Below are positions 39,223 through 53,895 of a DNA stretch of 64,000 nucleotides, piece by piece (the first letter of the stretch is position 1; each line of letters opens with the position of its first letter). Below the pieces are notes generated by a model. It was not told the origin of the DNA and did no database searches. It was given only the letters and a program-made list of their open reading frames with translations. A program made the position numbers and the translations under genes. This DNA is from Octopus vulgaris (lineage: Eukaryota): the NCBI GenBank assembly GCA_951406725.2, contig OX597837.1, positions 46,314,001-46,378,000 on the forward strand, written 5' to 3'.

Positions 39223-41293
39223 GTCTCAAACTTAGGCACAATCTGAGGGAGGGAGATAGTTGATTATATTGACCCGAGTACTCAACTGGTACTTATTCCA
39301 AAAGGATGAAAGGCAAAGTCGACCTCGGTGGAATTTGAACTCAGAACATGAAGATGGATGAAATGCCACCAAGCATTTTGTCCAGCATGCTACCAATTCT
39401 GCTAGCTCACTACCATTTGTGGAATAATAATAATAATAATTCTTTCTACTAAAGGCACAAGGCCTGAAATGTTGGTAAAGGGGACTTGTCAATTACATTG
39501 GTCCCAGTGTTTCACTGGTACTTCATTTTATCAACTCCAAAAGGATGAAAGGCAAAGTCGACCTCAGCAGAATTTGAACTCAGAACACAGTGACAGGTGA
39601 AATGTCGCTAAGCATTTTACCTGGTATGCTAATGATTCTGCCAGCTCAGCACCTTAATAATAACAATAATAATAATAATAATGAATAATAGTTGTTGTTA
39701 TTGATATTAAACAATGGATTAATAGGTAAATATATTTCAATTGATCAGAAAAGTTATTATTGTGAGATTTGAAACCGTAACAAATTTGATTCAATAGGAG
39801 AATATTCCTTTTAATAGCATTTGCAAACACACACACCCCGCCCAACACACACCCACCTCACTCTCAGACACCTCTTTCTCAAACACGAACTCATTTTCAT
39901 GCATTTTGTATCCATCTGTCTCACCTCCCACCACACACATACGTAGACATGTAAATATTTCACAAATGCACCGACCACCAATTTGTGCGTCTGTTGTGCA
40001 GGAATCAGAGCTATTAAAAAGTAGAGAAAAAGAAACATCTGGCACTGAGGGGTGCACTCCCTTAAACTGTGGGGACGAGAGATATTTTTATAAACCCACT
40101 TTCATTAAGCATACTTTTCTTCTTTTTTTCTTCTTGTTTTTTTTTTGTTTTCTTTATGATCTACCCCCAACTCACTGCATATAAAACAGCAAAATGAAAA
40201 CCAGCAGGGTACCTTCCATGCAGTTGCTCAAATTGCTTCAAATAAAAGCTAAAACTGTGGTTTCCCTTTGTCTTCTACTGATTTATTAAATGCTTCCTCT
40301 GCTGTCCCCTGCTCTTTTGACCTTAGACTTAAAGCAAAGGCCTTCTCAACCTTTAGGCTGAAAGACTGGCTCGTGTGACAAAAGTGCATGTCCCCTCACT
40401 GATGGACCTGTTTGATATGTCTTGAGGTCAGCCCTTTTCTGAATCCTCTATGCCTTAACTATAAGCCCACCTTCGGATATTTGACCCACAACTGGAGGCA
40501 CTTGGAAGACACTACCACCATGAGCCAGAGTGCATCTGGGAGTAGTGGTGATTAAGGAATAACTCCATACTCCCTAAAACTCCTAAAATCTTGAACTAGA
40601 GTTCTCACCAGACACAGTTTAATGTCGTGCCCAGGACATTATTATTATTTAATGATATCAGTTCTTGATTGTCCCTTACTTTATAGACACAGAATGGGGG
40701 AAAAGAAAGTCAACCTTGGTGGGATATGAACTCAAGACATAAGGGGCAGCAACAATAATGATAATCCTTTCTACTATAAGCATAAGGCCTGAAATTTTGG
40801 GGGGTGGGACTAGTCGATTGACCTTACCAAAAAGATAACAGGCAAAGTCTACCTTGGTGAAATTTTAACTTTGAGCAATCAGACATTTTGACCAATGTGC
40901 TAATGATTCTGCCGTCTCACTGCCTTAATAACAACATCAATAATAATAATTCTTTCTGATTCTAGCACTTTCTTTCTTTTATTTGTTTCAGTGTGTGTTT
41001 GTGTGTGTGTATGTTTGTGCGTCTGTGTTTGTCCCCCTCAACAGCATTTGACAACTGATGCTGCCACCACCACCACCACCCTACTTAACAGGACACTGAT
41101 CCATTTCAGGGTTAACTTCCCAACTAATACTGGAACCCATTTACGGCTGAGTGGACTGGAGCAACAAAGAATGAAGAGTTTTGCTCAAGATTACAATGCA
41201 TTGCATGGTCCTGGAATTGAAACCACAATCTGGCAATCACAGGCACAACAACCTAATAACTAGGCCACATGCTTTTGCCCTCAATATCTTACT

Positions 41294-41530
41294 GGCGGCG
41301 AACTGGCAGAAACGTTAGCAATGCCAGGCGAGATGCTTAGCAGTATTTCATCTGCTGCTACGTTCTGAGTTCAAATTCCGCCGAGGTCGACTTTGCTTTT
41401 CATCCTTTCGGGGTCGATTAAATAAGTACCAGTTACTCACTGGGGTCGATATAATTGACTTAATCCGTTTGTCTGTCCTTGTTTGTCCTCTCTGTGTTTA
41501 GCCCCTTGTGGGTAGTAAAGAAATAGGTAT
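41294..41530 (+). mobile_element. tRNA-derived SINE family B (Nin-domain-like), full length
   Basis: ggcggcgaactggcagaa...gagttcaaattcc...ttcatcctttcggggtcgat...aagtacc; further copies at 30232(+), 50704(+), 58244(+), 51890-52098(-), 39215-39653 (two, -), 11745-11968(-), 12060-12275(+). Confidence 0.9.
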
Positions 41531-42195
41531 TTATTTCCTAAACCCTGGAGCACATATGAGCAACCATTCTCAAGAAGCCGGTTGCATGACACATGGCACA
41601 CCATCATGAGGAGGGCTGCACTACTAAAAAAGGTTCAAGGCGATTTTTTGCTAGGCATGCCATTCAGAAAGCCTTGCGGGGTCACAGTTTGTCCTTGACT
41701 GCCCGAGAGTATCAAAGACCAAATTCAATCCAAGGAGTATTTCAGCTCAAAACTATGTAAGTACAAAAACAATACAAAATAAACCAAGATTTACCCAGTT
41801 CTGTGCCAGTAGCCTGATACTTAAGTAATGCTTAGTATAATGCCTGCTATTGTGTCAAAGAGTTGCACACATCTTCTCACCAGATAATATTACAGTGTCT
41901 GCTGCAACACAGATGGGAAATCACTGACAGAAGAATGGGTCAACTTGACAATTGTCACCCTTTCTGGTAATTTAGCAGTACAGCCCTTATGTTGATGCAC
42001 ACACACACACTCAAACATAGACACGCATGCACACACAAACACACACACACATGCATATACACATACTACATATGTGTGTATACATAACACATGAATGAAT
42101 ACATACACATATATATATATGCACACATTTCCATTTATGTACATAAACATATATACATGCATACATAAATATAATATATATCTATCCATATATAC

Positions 42196-42246
<51 letters not shown>

Positions 42247-43433
42247 CATACATATATATACATATATATACATAGCATATACATATACACACATACATAT
42301 ATGTATGCATGTATGTATACAGCATTGTTTACATACAAACATACACACACACATATATATATCTATATATATGTATACATATCTATATATATATATGTAT
42401 GTATATATATATATCCTTCTCCTCCTTTCCCTTTACAATTAATGAAACACACACAAAAATAAACAAAAAACTCTAGAAACTCCAGTTAAGTCAGAAAAAG
42501 GGAGAAACTAGCAGAAAGAAATACAATAAAAAGAAAAAACAAAAGCCATGGCAGAACGGCAGTGAATGCATCCCAAACACTTATGCATGAAAACAATCTC
42601 AAATGTATCGGTTAATAGATTTCCCATCCCTACATCAGGGTCTTCTTTGGTGGGGTTGGAAGGGGTGGGGTTTGAATGGGTGGGGGTAATTCCTTTTAGC
42701 ATCCAACACATCTGGCAGGATTCTTCAGCATTTGTTTGCAGCCAAATATTTTTGAAAACAATGTAGGGATGTAGGTCTGAGGATGTAGGGAGTTGTTATA
42801 GCCACAGCAACATACATCTACATGCTCACACGCACGCACGTACACACACATGTAAACTTACATACATAAGCAGACATATACATACACGTATACACAAAAA
42901 TGATATATGCTAATACACACACTCAGACATATATAGAGGTATGTGTATATATAAATATATATACAGGCCTTTCTCTCTTTCACTCTCTCTGTACACACAC
43001 ACACACACACATGTGTGTATGTATGCATTTAGGTGTAGCTGTGTGGTAAGAAGTTTGCTTCCCAACCACATGGTTCCAGGTTCAGTCCCACCGTGTGGCA
43101 AATTGGGCAAGTGGTTTCTACTATGTACTAGGGCCAACCAAAGCCTTGTGAGTGGATTTGGTGAACAGAAACTGAAAGAAGCCCATCATATACATATATA
43201 TATATATATATATAAGTGTGTTTGTCTTTGTATCTGTTTTTTCCCCCCAACATCACCACCACTTGACAATCAGTATTGGGGTGTTTGCATCTCCGTAACT
43301 TAGTAGTTCAGCAATCAAGATCAATGGAATAAGTACCAAACTTTAAAAAGTAAGTACAGAAGATGATCTGTTTGACTAAAATTCTTCAAGGCAGTGTCCC
43401 AGCATGGCCACAGTCTAATGACTGAAACAAGTA

Positions 43434-43482
<49 letters not shown>

Positions 43483-44774
43483 TATATAAACAAAGCTACA
43501 TGTTTTCTACTCACAAATTCTAGGGCCTCCATCAGTCTGTGTTGGCCATGTACCTATACATGCTTGTACAGGCATTGGCAAGGTATATTGCAGAAGGCTG
43601 ACCGTTGCCTGTATATGCAAGTTTCCCTGCTCCATACAATCAAAATTGTCCAACGAAACAGCTGTTACCCTGGGAAGCAAAACTGCTTAGCACTATATTA
43701 TCATAAGAGCTGCTATCCAAACCCAAGGAGCTAGAACAGTTCTGCCAATTCACCAACTTACTATATGAGCCCTTCATTCCATGTGGACTTTGATGACTTT
43801 TCTCCTCTGCTCCTCTCCTGTTGAATCCTTTCTCTTCCAGTTCTGCCCTAGTCTCCTACCCAAGGGAAGTCACTTTTGCAGTACTTGAGGGCAAAGCCTT
43901 CCTTTCCTGGCTCTCACTGCTTTTCAATTTTCATTGATACTTCTGTAACCTCACTTTTTAATTTTGTTTGTTTTTTGGCTTGGTAGGGGTGTTTGCCCCA
44001 TGCACATCCATTTTTATCTCTGGGAAGAGATGGTCTGCATTAGTTTAGCTTCTTAACCTTTGACCTGTCCAGCATGGCAGGCTAGCATAGCTCTAAGGGT
44101 CACTGAGGCATGTAAACTAACATGCCACAAGGACTGGATTTTGTTAAGGAATCCACAATCTTGGAATGGTTCTTTTTTATCAACCTCAAAACAATGAAAG
44201 ATAAAGTTGACCTTAGCAAGAATTTGAACTCTGGTTACAGAGTGAGAAGAAATGTGAGCCAACATTCTATCCAAGACTCTAACAACTCACAAATAATTCT
44301 TTCTGATTCTGGTACAAGGCCAGCAATTTTTTTAAAGAGGAGGGAAGGAAGTTCATAACATCAATCGCAGTGCTTAAGGAAAAGTCAACCTCGGCAGCAT
44401 TTGAACTAAGAATATAAAGAGTTGAAAGAAATACAGCCAAGCATTTTGTTCAGAATGGTAACGGTTCTGCCAACTTGCTGCCTTAAACAACTCACAAATA
44501 TCAAAAGTGAAATCAGAGAACCGATGGTTGTTCCAAGATGAATCAAGCTGTAGCTATGGCAGCATTATCAGAGAACTTCACTAATTCCAAATTAGGGAAG
44601 TAGAATTACTGATAAGATGTCGACTTAATTATAAATAATGAGGTACGTTTATTCTGACACCAAGTTGTGTGCACATGTGCTGCGTATGTCCATTGCAACG
44701 GCTGTCTTGGTGTAGCCTTTGATCAATGAGGAATTATTCACTCTGGAACATAGATTAATTCTTGTTTACCGAAA

Positions 44775-45540
44775 TGTGGTGATGGGGTGGGGGTCTGGTG
44801 GTGATGTTGGGGTTGGTGGTGGTATCGGGGCGAGTGGTGGTGTTGGTGCTGCTTGTAGTGTTGGAGTTGTTGGCTACAGTGGTGGTTGTAGTGACGTTGG
44901 GGGTATTGGTAATAGTAGTTTTTAGCAGCATTGGTTGTGGTGGTAGTTGTAGTGGTGATACTGGTGGTGATGATGGCTATGGTTATAGTAGTGGTGGTTG
45001 TAGAAGGGGTGGTATTAGTATTGGTAGAAGAGTGCTAGTGGTAATAATGGTTGTAGTGGAACTACTAGTATTAGCATTGGTGGTGGAAGTGGTAATTATG
45101 ATTTGGAGGTAGTGGTGATGGTAGTGGTGGTTGTATTTGTGGTGCTGGTGGTAGTATTAAAGGTGATGGTGGTACTGCTGCTTGCAGAAAGGGGATGACA
45201 TTGATTTTGGTGCGGGTGGTAGTATTAGTGGTGGTATGTTTGTGGTAATGGTATAGCCGCTAGTGGTAGTGGTTCTGATGCTGTTGTCCGTGGTGGTGGT
45301 GGTGGTAGTGTAGATGATAGTAGTAATATTGATGGTTGCATTGGTAGTATTACTGTAGTGGTTGTGGTGGTGGTATTTGCAGTGGTGGTGTTTGTGGTGG
45401 CAGTGGTTGGTAGTGGTAATGCAGGTGGCTTTGGTGATAGTGCATTTAGTTGTGGTAGCACTGGTGGTGGTGGTGGTAGCACTGGTGGTGGTGGTGGTGG
45501 TGGTGGTGGTGGTGGTGGTGGTGGTGGTGGTGGTGGTGCA
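44775..45540. repeat. Degenerate (GGT/AGT)n trinucleotide low-complexity tract
   Basis: Direct reading; pure (GGT)n at about 45484-45537. Confidence 0.95.
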
Positions 45541-46019
45541 TGTAATAATAGCGTCACTTGCATCATGTCACCACTACTTGTTGAAATAAAGAAGGCCTGT
45601 AGAATTAATGGCCTCACAGTGAAAAGATGTAAACAAGCAGAGGGGTGGACACATAATACATGTGTATACATAATCCACATGTAAGGACACACCAACAACA
45701 TATACAAAACAAACAAACAAAAAATACAATTTGTGTGTGTGTGTACGTACATGTATGTATAAAAACATGTGCACATGTGCAGATACATATACAAGCGCAC
45801 ACGACGTGCATATGCACACACAGAAACACACGTGTAGATTTTAACTATACAGTTTCTCGTTTATATATCAACGGTTGTATCTACGGTGGGTGTACATGGT
45901 GTGTGGGTATATGCATTCACATGCAAGTGTGCAATCTGTATATGTATATATATATCTGTAGATAAAACCATTGACATATAAATGAGAAACTGTATAGAGA
46001 TGTATGTATGTTTGTGTGT

Positions 46020-46441
<422 letters not shown>

Positions 46442-46834
46442 TTTATTTTTTACTTGAGCATGTTTATGTATATAAGGGTGGGTGTGTACACACACATAGA
46501 TACACATATTCTCCTATATTGGAGATACAATCATCCATGGGTCTATATGAATGGCAAATTGAATATAATACTTAACAATAACAAGTATCCAGTGTGTATA
46601 TGATTTATCTTGAGGTATCTATGAAAATATATCTGTTTATTTAGAATGATAAAAATATGTTTTTGAGTAATGCAAACAACTTCAACTCCAAATGTATATA
46701 TACGTGTTTGTGTTACGTATTGATGTGTGTGAGTGTGTGCATGTATGTGTGCATGTGTTATGTGCGTAAGTATAAATATGTATGCACATTTGTATTTGAG
46801 TGTCTTTGTGTTTATGTATGCATTAGAATGAATG

Positions 46835-46866
<32 letters not shown>

Positions 46867-47189
46867 CACATACTAATATTTATGGTAATGCTTGGATGTG
46901 TATATATGTATGTGCTTGTATGTTTATGAATGTATTTGTATGTGTTTATATACAGTTATGTTATTTTCTATGAATGCTTGTGTGTGTGTGTGTGTGTGTG
47001 TGTGAGTGACCATGTGTTTAAATTTCATTTCTCTTTGAGATTTATGTCCTTCATAGAATTTCCATCTGGTCACTAACAATGTGACAAGACTTTCCTGTTT
47101 GAATCAAAACAGTTCCAATTTGTTTAATTAATGTGCGAGCTACTGTATGCACGCATGTATGCACACATGCACGCGCGTACACACACATA

Positions 47190-48436
47190 CAGGGTGTTCC
47201 CGAAACAATGTATACATACACTGAATTATTGTAAAATCAACATTTATTAAAATGAATTCTATTTTCAAAATTTAATAAAATCTAAACAGAATTTTATTTT
47301 TTCTATGAATGCCTGTTTCCAAAAAGATGACATTTCTTGCCCAGGCACTGCTGATAACGCAAAGCAATGGAACTGCAAACATCAAGAAATATTTCATATT
47401 TAATATTTGTGAACATTCTTATCCAATAGTTGCCCCTAATTCATGGAGTATTGCTGTGAAGTCTGGTGAACATGGAGGGCATCCTTCTCAATCTCTTCAT
47501 CCAATCCACCTGTTTTGCAAAAGCTCTTCCAAATATAAGCCTTACATTACTATGGTAACGTGGCAGTGCCTCATCTTGCTGGAAATAAAATATACACACG
47601 CAAGCGTGTATCTGACTCATACACTGTTTGCTTTCCAGACATTTATACATTACTGCGTATGCTTTATACGCACTTTCTGACAAGTTGTGGTGCACCTGAG
47701 CACTGTATACAATAATTTCATTATTATTATTATCTTCAAATTCCTTTTAAATGCTTGGAATGACAAAGTGTCACAAGTTGAAATAAAAGGGACCAGTCAC
47801 AATACCGTCAAAAAAGGAAGTTTCACTTAACCCTTTTGATGATAACTGCTGGTTAGGTAACACCATGTGAATTTCCAGGTCCCTCAGCAGCAAGTGCAAT
47901 TGTGGCAGTTAAATTTAAATGTAGCCTCACCACTTTAAACAATCTTTATTGAATGTGTGCTTCTTCCAATCATTGTGCCAAATACCTCACACAAAACTCC
48001 ATTCTTCACTTTGGATCATCTTCATTAAGAACATGGACAGTTCTTGGAATGTAACTTTTCTAATGACAGCACTTCAAAATGCAGGACACTTGATTTTGAA
48101 ATTCTCATCTCAAGACTTGTTTGCTGCACAGACTTTCTTGAACTTTGGTAATACATTCCTAATACCCTTTTTCACTTTGAGGGGCCAGTCAATGTCTGTG
48201 CTCTTTCAAAATGTTTCTTTCAAACTTATCCCTAATTCAAGTGATGGTAAGTTGCAGAGGTGACTTTGTTTGAAACTCCCTTCTAACCTTTGGACTTTGA
48301 CTATGTTTTCAAAGTTCCATTACCACTTTAGGATAAATCATCTTCATTAAAAGCTTAGCCTGGCCCCACTTCATAATTTCTAATGTATTACATCTAAAAA
48401 GAAAGTGTGCATACATTTTTGGATGGGGATATCTTG
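47190..48436 (-). mobile_element. Decayed Tc1/mariner (DD37D/maT-like) transposon
   Basis: TA-flanked imperfect TIRs (cagggtgttcccgaaacaatgtatacatac / gtgtgcatacatttttggatggggatatcttg); remnant YFQQDEALPRYHSNVR resembles FQQDGAPPHY. Confidence 0.75.
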
Positions 48437-49490
48437 TATGTGTGTGTGTGTGTATGTGTGTGTGGTGTGTGTATATATATATATACATACATATACACAC
48501 ACACATGTGGCTGGTTTAAAAGCTAAAGGGTTAACCCTAAATCAGTTCAGATTAAGACATTCCAGTTGTGACCAGCCTGTCTTTTTTTCTTTAGACATAG
48601 TGTATCTAGGACTACATTATCTAATGTACCCTTGATGCTGGTTGTTGTTTAGCTCTAGGTCAGCATATATTGAACAATATTATGATGAAAGGACCCATGA
48701 CTCTTGAGAAGGCCTCTCAGACTGACAGGCTGAAGGGAGGAGGTCAGCCTCAGACCAGAGACCTAGGCTGAATGTCTGCAAATAGAGTGGACTCGACTAA
48801 AAGTAGCTACAAGCCTGGCAGTTGTGTTAGGTTGATTCTGTGTGGTTAAGAAGCTCACTTTACAACCCTGAGGTTTCAGGTTCAGTCCCATTGTGTAGCA
48901 CCTTGGATAAGTGCCTTCTACAATAAAGCCCTGGGTTAACCAATGCCTTGTGAGTGAATTTGGTAGGTGGAAACTGTGTGGAAGCCCATAACACACACAC
49001 ACACGTTTCATTTGTTCTTTATCAATGCTTGACAACTGGTGTTGGTTTGTTTATATCCCCGTAACTTGGTGGATCAGCAAAAGGGTGGCGATAAAATAAG
49101 TACCAGACTTAAAAGCAAGTACTGGGGTCAGTTTGTTGAACTAAACCCTTCAAGGCAGTGCCCCTGCATGACTGCAGTCCAAAGATTGAAATAAGTAAAA
49201 AATAAAGATAAAAGATTAGATTATTATTCTTTATTACCTTGTCCAACAAACTTGTAACCAAAGGTACTTCGATTATGATAAATCCCATTTACTGGTCAAC
49301 ACATGTATCTAGGAATACATCATCCAGTATGTCCTTTTTTTTTTTAAGTAAGGTGGTCAGGTGCAGACATGACCTTTAAGAGGTCTGCTTCCCAATTATG
49401 TGGTTCCAGGATTCAACCCTACTTCATAGCACCTTCAGTGAGGGTCTTCTACCATATCACTGGGCCAATCAAAGCCTTGTAAGTGGATTT

Positions 49491-49797
49491 CTTTTTTTTT
49501 GTTCCTTCTTGAGCCATGCCTGGCTCATAGGGGCCGGTTTCCCGGTTTCCTTGACGTATAGCTTCCCCACCTGGATGGGATGCTGGTCCGTCGCAGGAGA
49601 GCTGCAAGATGCAGGAGGAAAGAGTGAGAGAAAGTTGTGGCGAAAGAGTCAGCAGAAGTTCGCCATTACCTTCTGCTGGAGCCACATGGCACTTAGGTGT
49701 TTCACTCATAAACACACACATCACCTGGTCTGAGATTCGAACCCGCAATCCCTCGACTGTGAGTCCACTGCTCTAACCACTAGGCCATGTGCCTCCA
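49491..49797 (-). mobile_element. tRNA-derived SINE nested in a family A SINE
   Basis: 15-bp TSD cttgtaagtggattt at 49476-49490 and 49798-49812; A-rich tail. Confidence 0.85.
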
Positions 49798-50271
49798 CTT
49801 GTAAGTGGATTTGGTAGATGGAAACTGAAAGAATTCCATTGTATGGATGTAATAGGCACAATCATGGCTGTGTGGTAAGAAGCTTGCTTCCCAACCACAT
49901 GGTTCTGGGTTCATTCCCATCGTGTGGCACTTTGGACAAGTATTTTCTACTATAGCCTTGGGCTAACCAAAGCCTTGTGAGTGGATTTGGAATATGGAAA
50001 CTGAAAGAAGCCCATTATATGTATGTATGTATGTATGTATTTATGTGAATGTGTCTGCCCCCTGCCATCACTTGCCAACCAATGCTGGTGTATTTATGTC
50101 CCTGTAACTTAGCTGTTTGGCAAAAGAGACCAATAGAAAAAAATATTAGACTTACAAAGAATAAGTCCTGGGGCCAATTTGTTCAACTAGAAAACCCTTT
50201 AAGGTGGTGCTCTAGCATGGCCACAGACAAGTGACTGAAACAAATAAAAATGTGTGTGTGTATGTGTGTGC

Positions 50272-50323
<52 letters not shown>

Positions 50324-50932
50324 GCTGTGTTTGTGTCTCCTTGTATTGACATAGCATGATAGTTGAAAATGAAATTTACTGACATACAGTGTCTGTTTCC
50401 AATCTTCCATGAAAACATGTCTGGCTGTAGCGAAATATTACTTTGCTTGGATACAGGTGAGGGTTGGCAACAGGAAGATGTACCATGGCCCACCATCACA
50501 ATCTCTGCTCTAATCCCCACAGCCAGTCCTCTGATCCTTACAATGTCACACCTTTGGAATTCCTCTGTTGCCCATGTTTTTCCTGCAGGCCTCAACATGC
50601 AACTGTTCATGCATCGGCTTTACCAGTCTTGGAGGGGTCATAATGTGCCATGGGTGCAGCCCCTTCCTCCAAATCAAAAAAGAGAAATTAAAGGTATGAC
50701 TTAGAAACGTTAGCACGCCAGGTAAAATGCTTAGCCGTATTTCATCTGCCGTTATGTTGTGAGTTCAAATTCCGCCGAGGTTGACTTTGCATTTCATCCT
50801 TTCGGGGTCGATTAAATTACGTACCAGTTACGCACTGGGGTCGATGTAATCGACTTAATCCGTTTGTCTGTCCTTGTTTGTCCCCTCTATGTTTAGCCCC
50901 TTGTGGGTAGTAAAGAAATAGGTATGACTTAC

Positions 50933-51026
50933 CAACTGTTTGCTGTGTAACCGAGTGCGACCATCCATTGAAGCCGAACGTCTCATTTGCTAGGTTTATC
51001 AAGCGCCAACCCTCAATGTAGGCAAG
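50933..51026 (-). CDS. RAD52: RAD52 coding exon (first one found in window; equivalent to human exon 4)
   Basis: Acceptor ...tctctacccaacag, donor gtaagt; 94 nt; encodes [31 protein letters not shown], matching the Rad52/Rad22 motif (human [31 protein letters not shown], recalled). Confidence 0.96.
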
Positions 51027-52098
51027 CTGTTGGGTAGAGAATAACATTGAAATACACATTTGAAACAATAGCAAAGTCAGTGTTATAATATGCAATTAGA
51101 AATAAATATGAAACAAAGAAAAGATCATTTGAACAAACTCAGAATGTATATTATTTCAACAAGTAGGTGCAGGCATGGCCATGTGGTTAAGAAGCTTTTA
51201 AGGACCTGACAGAATATATTTATATGCGCACGTGTGTGTGTGTGTGTGTGTATTAGATAATAAATAATAAATCGTATGGTATACACCTGGCGGTTTACCA
51301 GTAAAGCCTGTTCACTTTCACAGTGTTTGCTGGGTATCGTCCATCTTATGTCTTTCTCATTAATCAAATATATATATAAGTATATAATTATACATATATA
51401 TACGCACGACATAGATACACCATGGGCTTCTTTCAGTTTCCCCTCTACCAAATCCATTCACAAAGCTTTATTCAGTATTTGCTCGAGGTTCAGTGCAGTG
51501 CGACTAAAGCCAAGGCAACATGGTTGGGAAGCAAGAGTCTGAACCATACAGCCACGCCTATGCTTTTATGTGTGCATATCACTCACTCAATATTCTTTGC
51601 AGGCTGTCATTTAAAAAGATTTTTTTTTAAAACCCTGAAATATAAAAGCAGAACAGACGCGGCCTAATGGAAGGGGGATAACTCCTATTGAAAAGTTTTT
51701 GCCACTACAATATTATACAGGCGCAGGAGTGACTGGGTGGTAAGAAGTTTGCTTCTCAACGACGTGGTTCAGTCCCACTGCGCGGCACCTTGGGCACGTG
51801 TCTTCTGCAATAACCTCGGGCTGACTAAAGCCTTGTGAGTAGATCTGCCAGACGGAAACTGAAAGAAATCCATCTTCTATATATATATTCTTTTCTACTC
51901 TAAGCACAAGGCCAGAAATTTTGGAGGTGGGGGAAGTCGATTAGATCGACCCCAGTACGCAACTGGTACTTCATTTATCGATCCCGAAAGGATGACAGGC
52001 AAAGTCGACCTCAACAGAATTTGAACTCAGAACGTAAAGACAGACGAAATACCACTAAGCGTTTCGCCGGGCGTGCTAACGTTTCTGCCAGATCACCT

Positions 52099-52159
<61 letters not shown>

Positions 52160-52749
52160 GAAAGATGGAAAGAATGTTAAATTTTCTTGCACCTGTCAGC
52201 TATTTGCAACAAGTGGGGGACAACAAGACTACCAGCAAAGCATCATCCTGGAAGCTGATGACAGCAAAACAAAGCATCACAGCCCGAAATATGAGTTTCA
52301 CAATGCAGATGGCAATTCTCTTGAATAAGATATAAACCACTCTATGGTTGACCTGAAAGAAGATAAAGTTTAAATGCTGTTCTCCCATAATGCAGTTTAC
52401 TTATGATAAATTTATGGTGCCATACCAATATACTGTCACAATATTCTATTTACTTGCACAGAATGATACATTTTTCCTATAAAACCATTTAAAAATATCT
52501 TTTAATGCGTATAGGATGAAACATACTGAATTTGGTCTTTCCACAAAATATATTTGTAAAATTGGAGAGTGTCTTACACACCAGCAAATACTGTACTTCC
52601 TTCAGTTTCAGTACACTGCCTCATTGCCTCAGATCAAGTCTCATGCTGGGTAACATCGACATCATATATATTTATAGACTAAACTATATAACTGTCTTCT
52701 TCACTATACTTCTCATAACTTTATATACGACGTACACTTAAAGTATTTT

Positions 52750-53460
52750 ATTTGCTCAAAAATGAGTCGTGAAGGGAGGGGAAAAAATGTTCTGGATAAT
52801 GGGGAGACAACTCTGCTTGTCTTCAGTGAGCCATGGCATTAAATCTGATATTCTAGTTTTAACACGAGTGGATCCATTCCACTTCACTTAGAAACGCATG
52901 GGTGTATTACCTAAAACTCTCCATTTAAAAAAAAAATCTCCTCTAATACAGAGCTTTCCTGGGATGTTAGTAGCAGTCAAGTGCAAGGTTGATTTCATAT
53001 TCCTTTAAGGAATCCGTGATAATCACAGACAATGTTACCAAATACTTAGTAAGTTTCCAATTCGTTGTTATAATTTCTGTTTAATGTTATCAGCTGGTTA
53101 TTGTCATCGAAAAAGCTTTGTCCTCAAAGTTTTCCCCATCAATAAGCGGCTTCTGCGGTAACTGAAACGGATTTTACCAATTTGAAAGATTCTCAGTCGA
53201 AGGGAGACAACTCGTATGACAATAGAAGTAAAAAATTTCTAACAATTTGGAGAAAAAGGAGAAAAAAAAATGAACAACAAAATAAGAGTTAAAACGATGG
53301 CACCATGAAACTAATCAACTCGACTGCAAGTCACTCATTAAATATAGAGTGATGAGGAAAAGGAGGGGCGGGAAAATTAAGAAAAACGCCCGTTTATTTA
53401 ATTTTGTTTTATCTATGTTGGAACTTATTGATGAGAAAAGTTTGATTGGTTCTGTAGCTT
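52750..53460 (-). promoter_or_regulatory. Promoter-like island
   Basis: Repeat-free, relatively CpG-retaining stretch with CCAAT on minus (53445-53449), GC box GGGGCGGG (53365-53372) and two GGGAGACAACTC copies (52802, 53202). Confidence 0.45.
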
Positions 53461-53624
53461 ATTTTTTATTTTTAGTCAAACAGCAGAAAATTCATAAAAG
53501 AAGGAGGTGAGAAATAAATAAATAAATAAATACAATAAAATAAATAAATAAAAATATTTTAAAAACATTAAATTTTAAATATATAACAGGCATGGAGAGA
53601 CAAGATCAGATGCCGAGGGAACGT

Positions 53625-53895
53625 AAAAGGCACCAACCGATCGTTGCCAGCCTTCCCTGGCACCTGTGCCGGTGGCACGTAAAAAGCACCAACCGATCGT
53701 GGCCGTTGCCAGCTTCGCCTGGCACGTAAAAAGCACCCACTACACTCACGGAATGGTTGGCGTTAGGAAGGGCATCCAGCTGTAGAAACATTGCCAGATC
53801 AGACTGGAGCCTGGTGCAGCCTCCTGGCTTCCCAGACCCCTTTCGAACCGTCCAACCCATGCTAGCATGGAAAACGGACGTTAAATGATGATGAT
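53625..53895 (+). mobile_element. SINE family C 3' part with (GAT)n tail
   Basis: ggcgttaggaagggcatccagctgtagaaa...gctagcatggaaaacggacgttaaatgatgatg; also at 36690-36897(+), 22615-22800(-), 5040-5180(+), 63835-64000(+). Confidence 0.85.

Noticed and set aside
45225-45821. Poly-Pro/Thr ORF; also the Ser/Pro ORF at 59312-59977
   Set aside because: Trinucleotide low-complexity tracts with no domain or convincing splice context.
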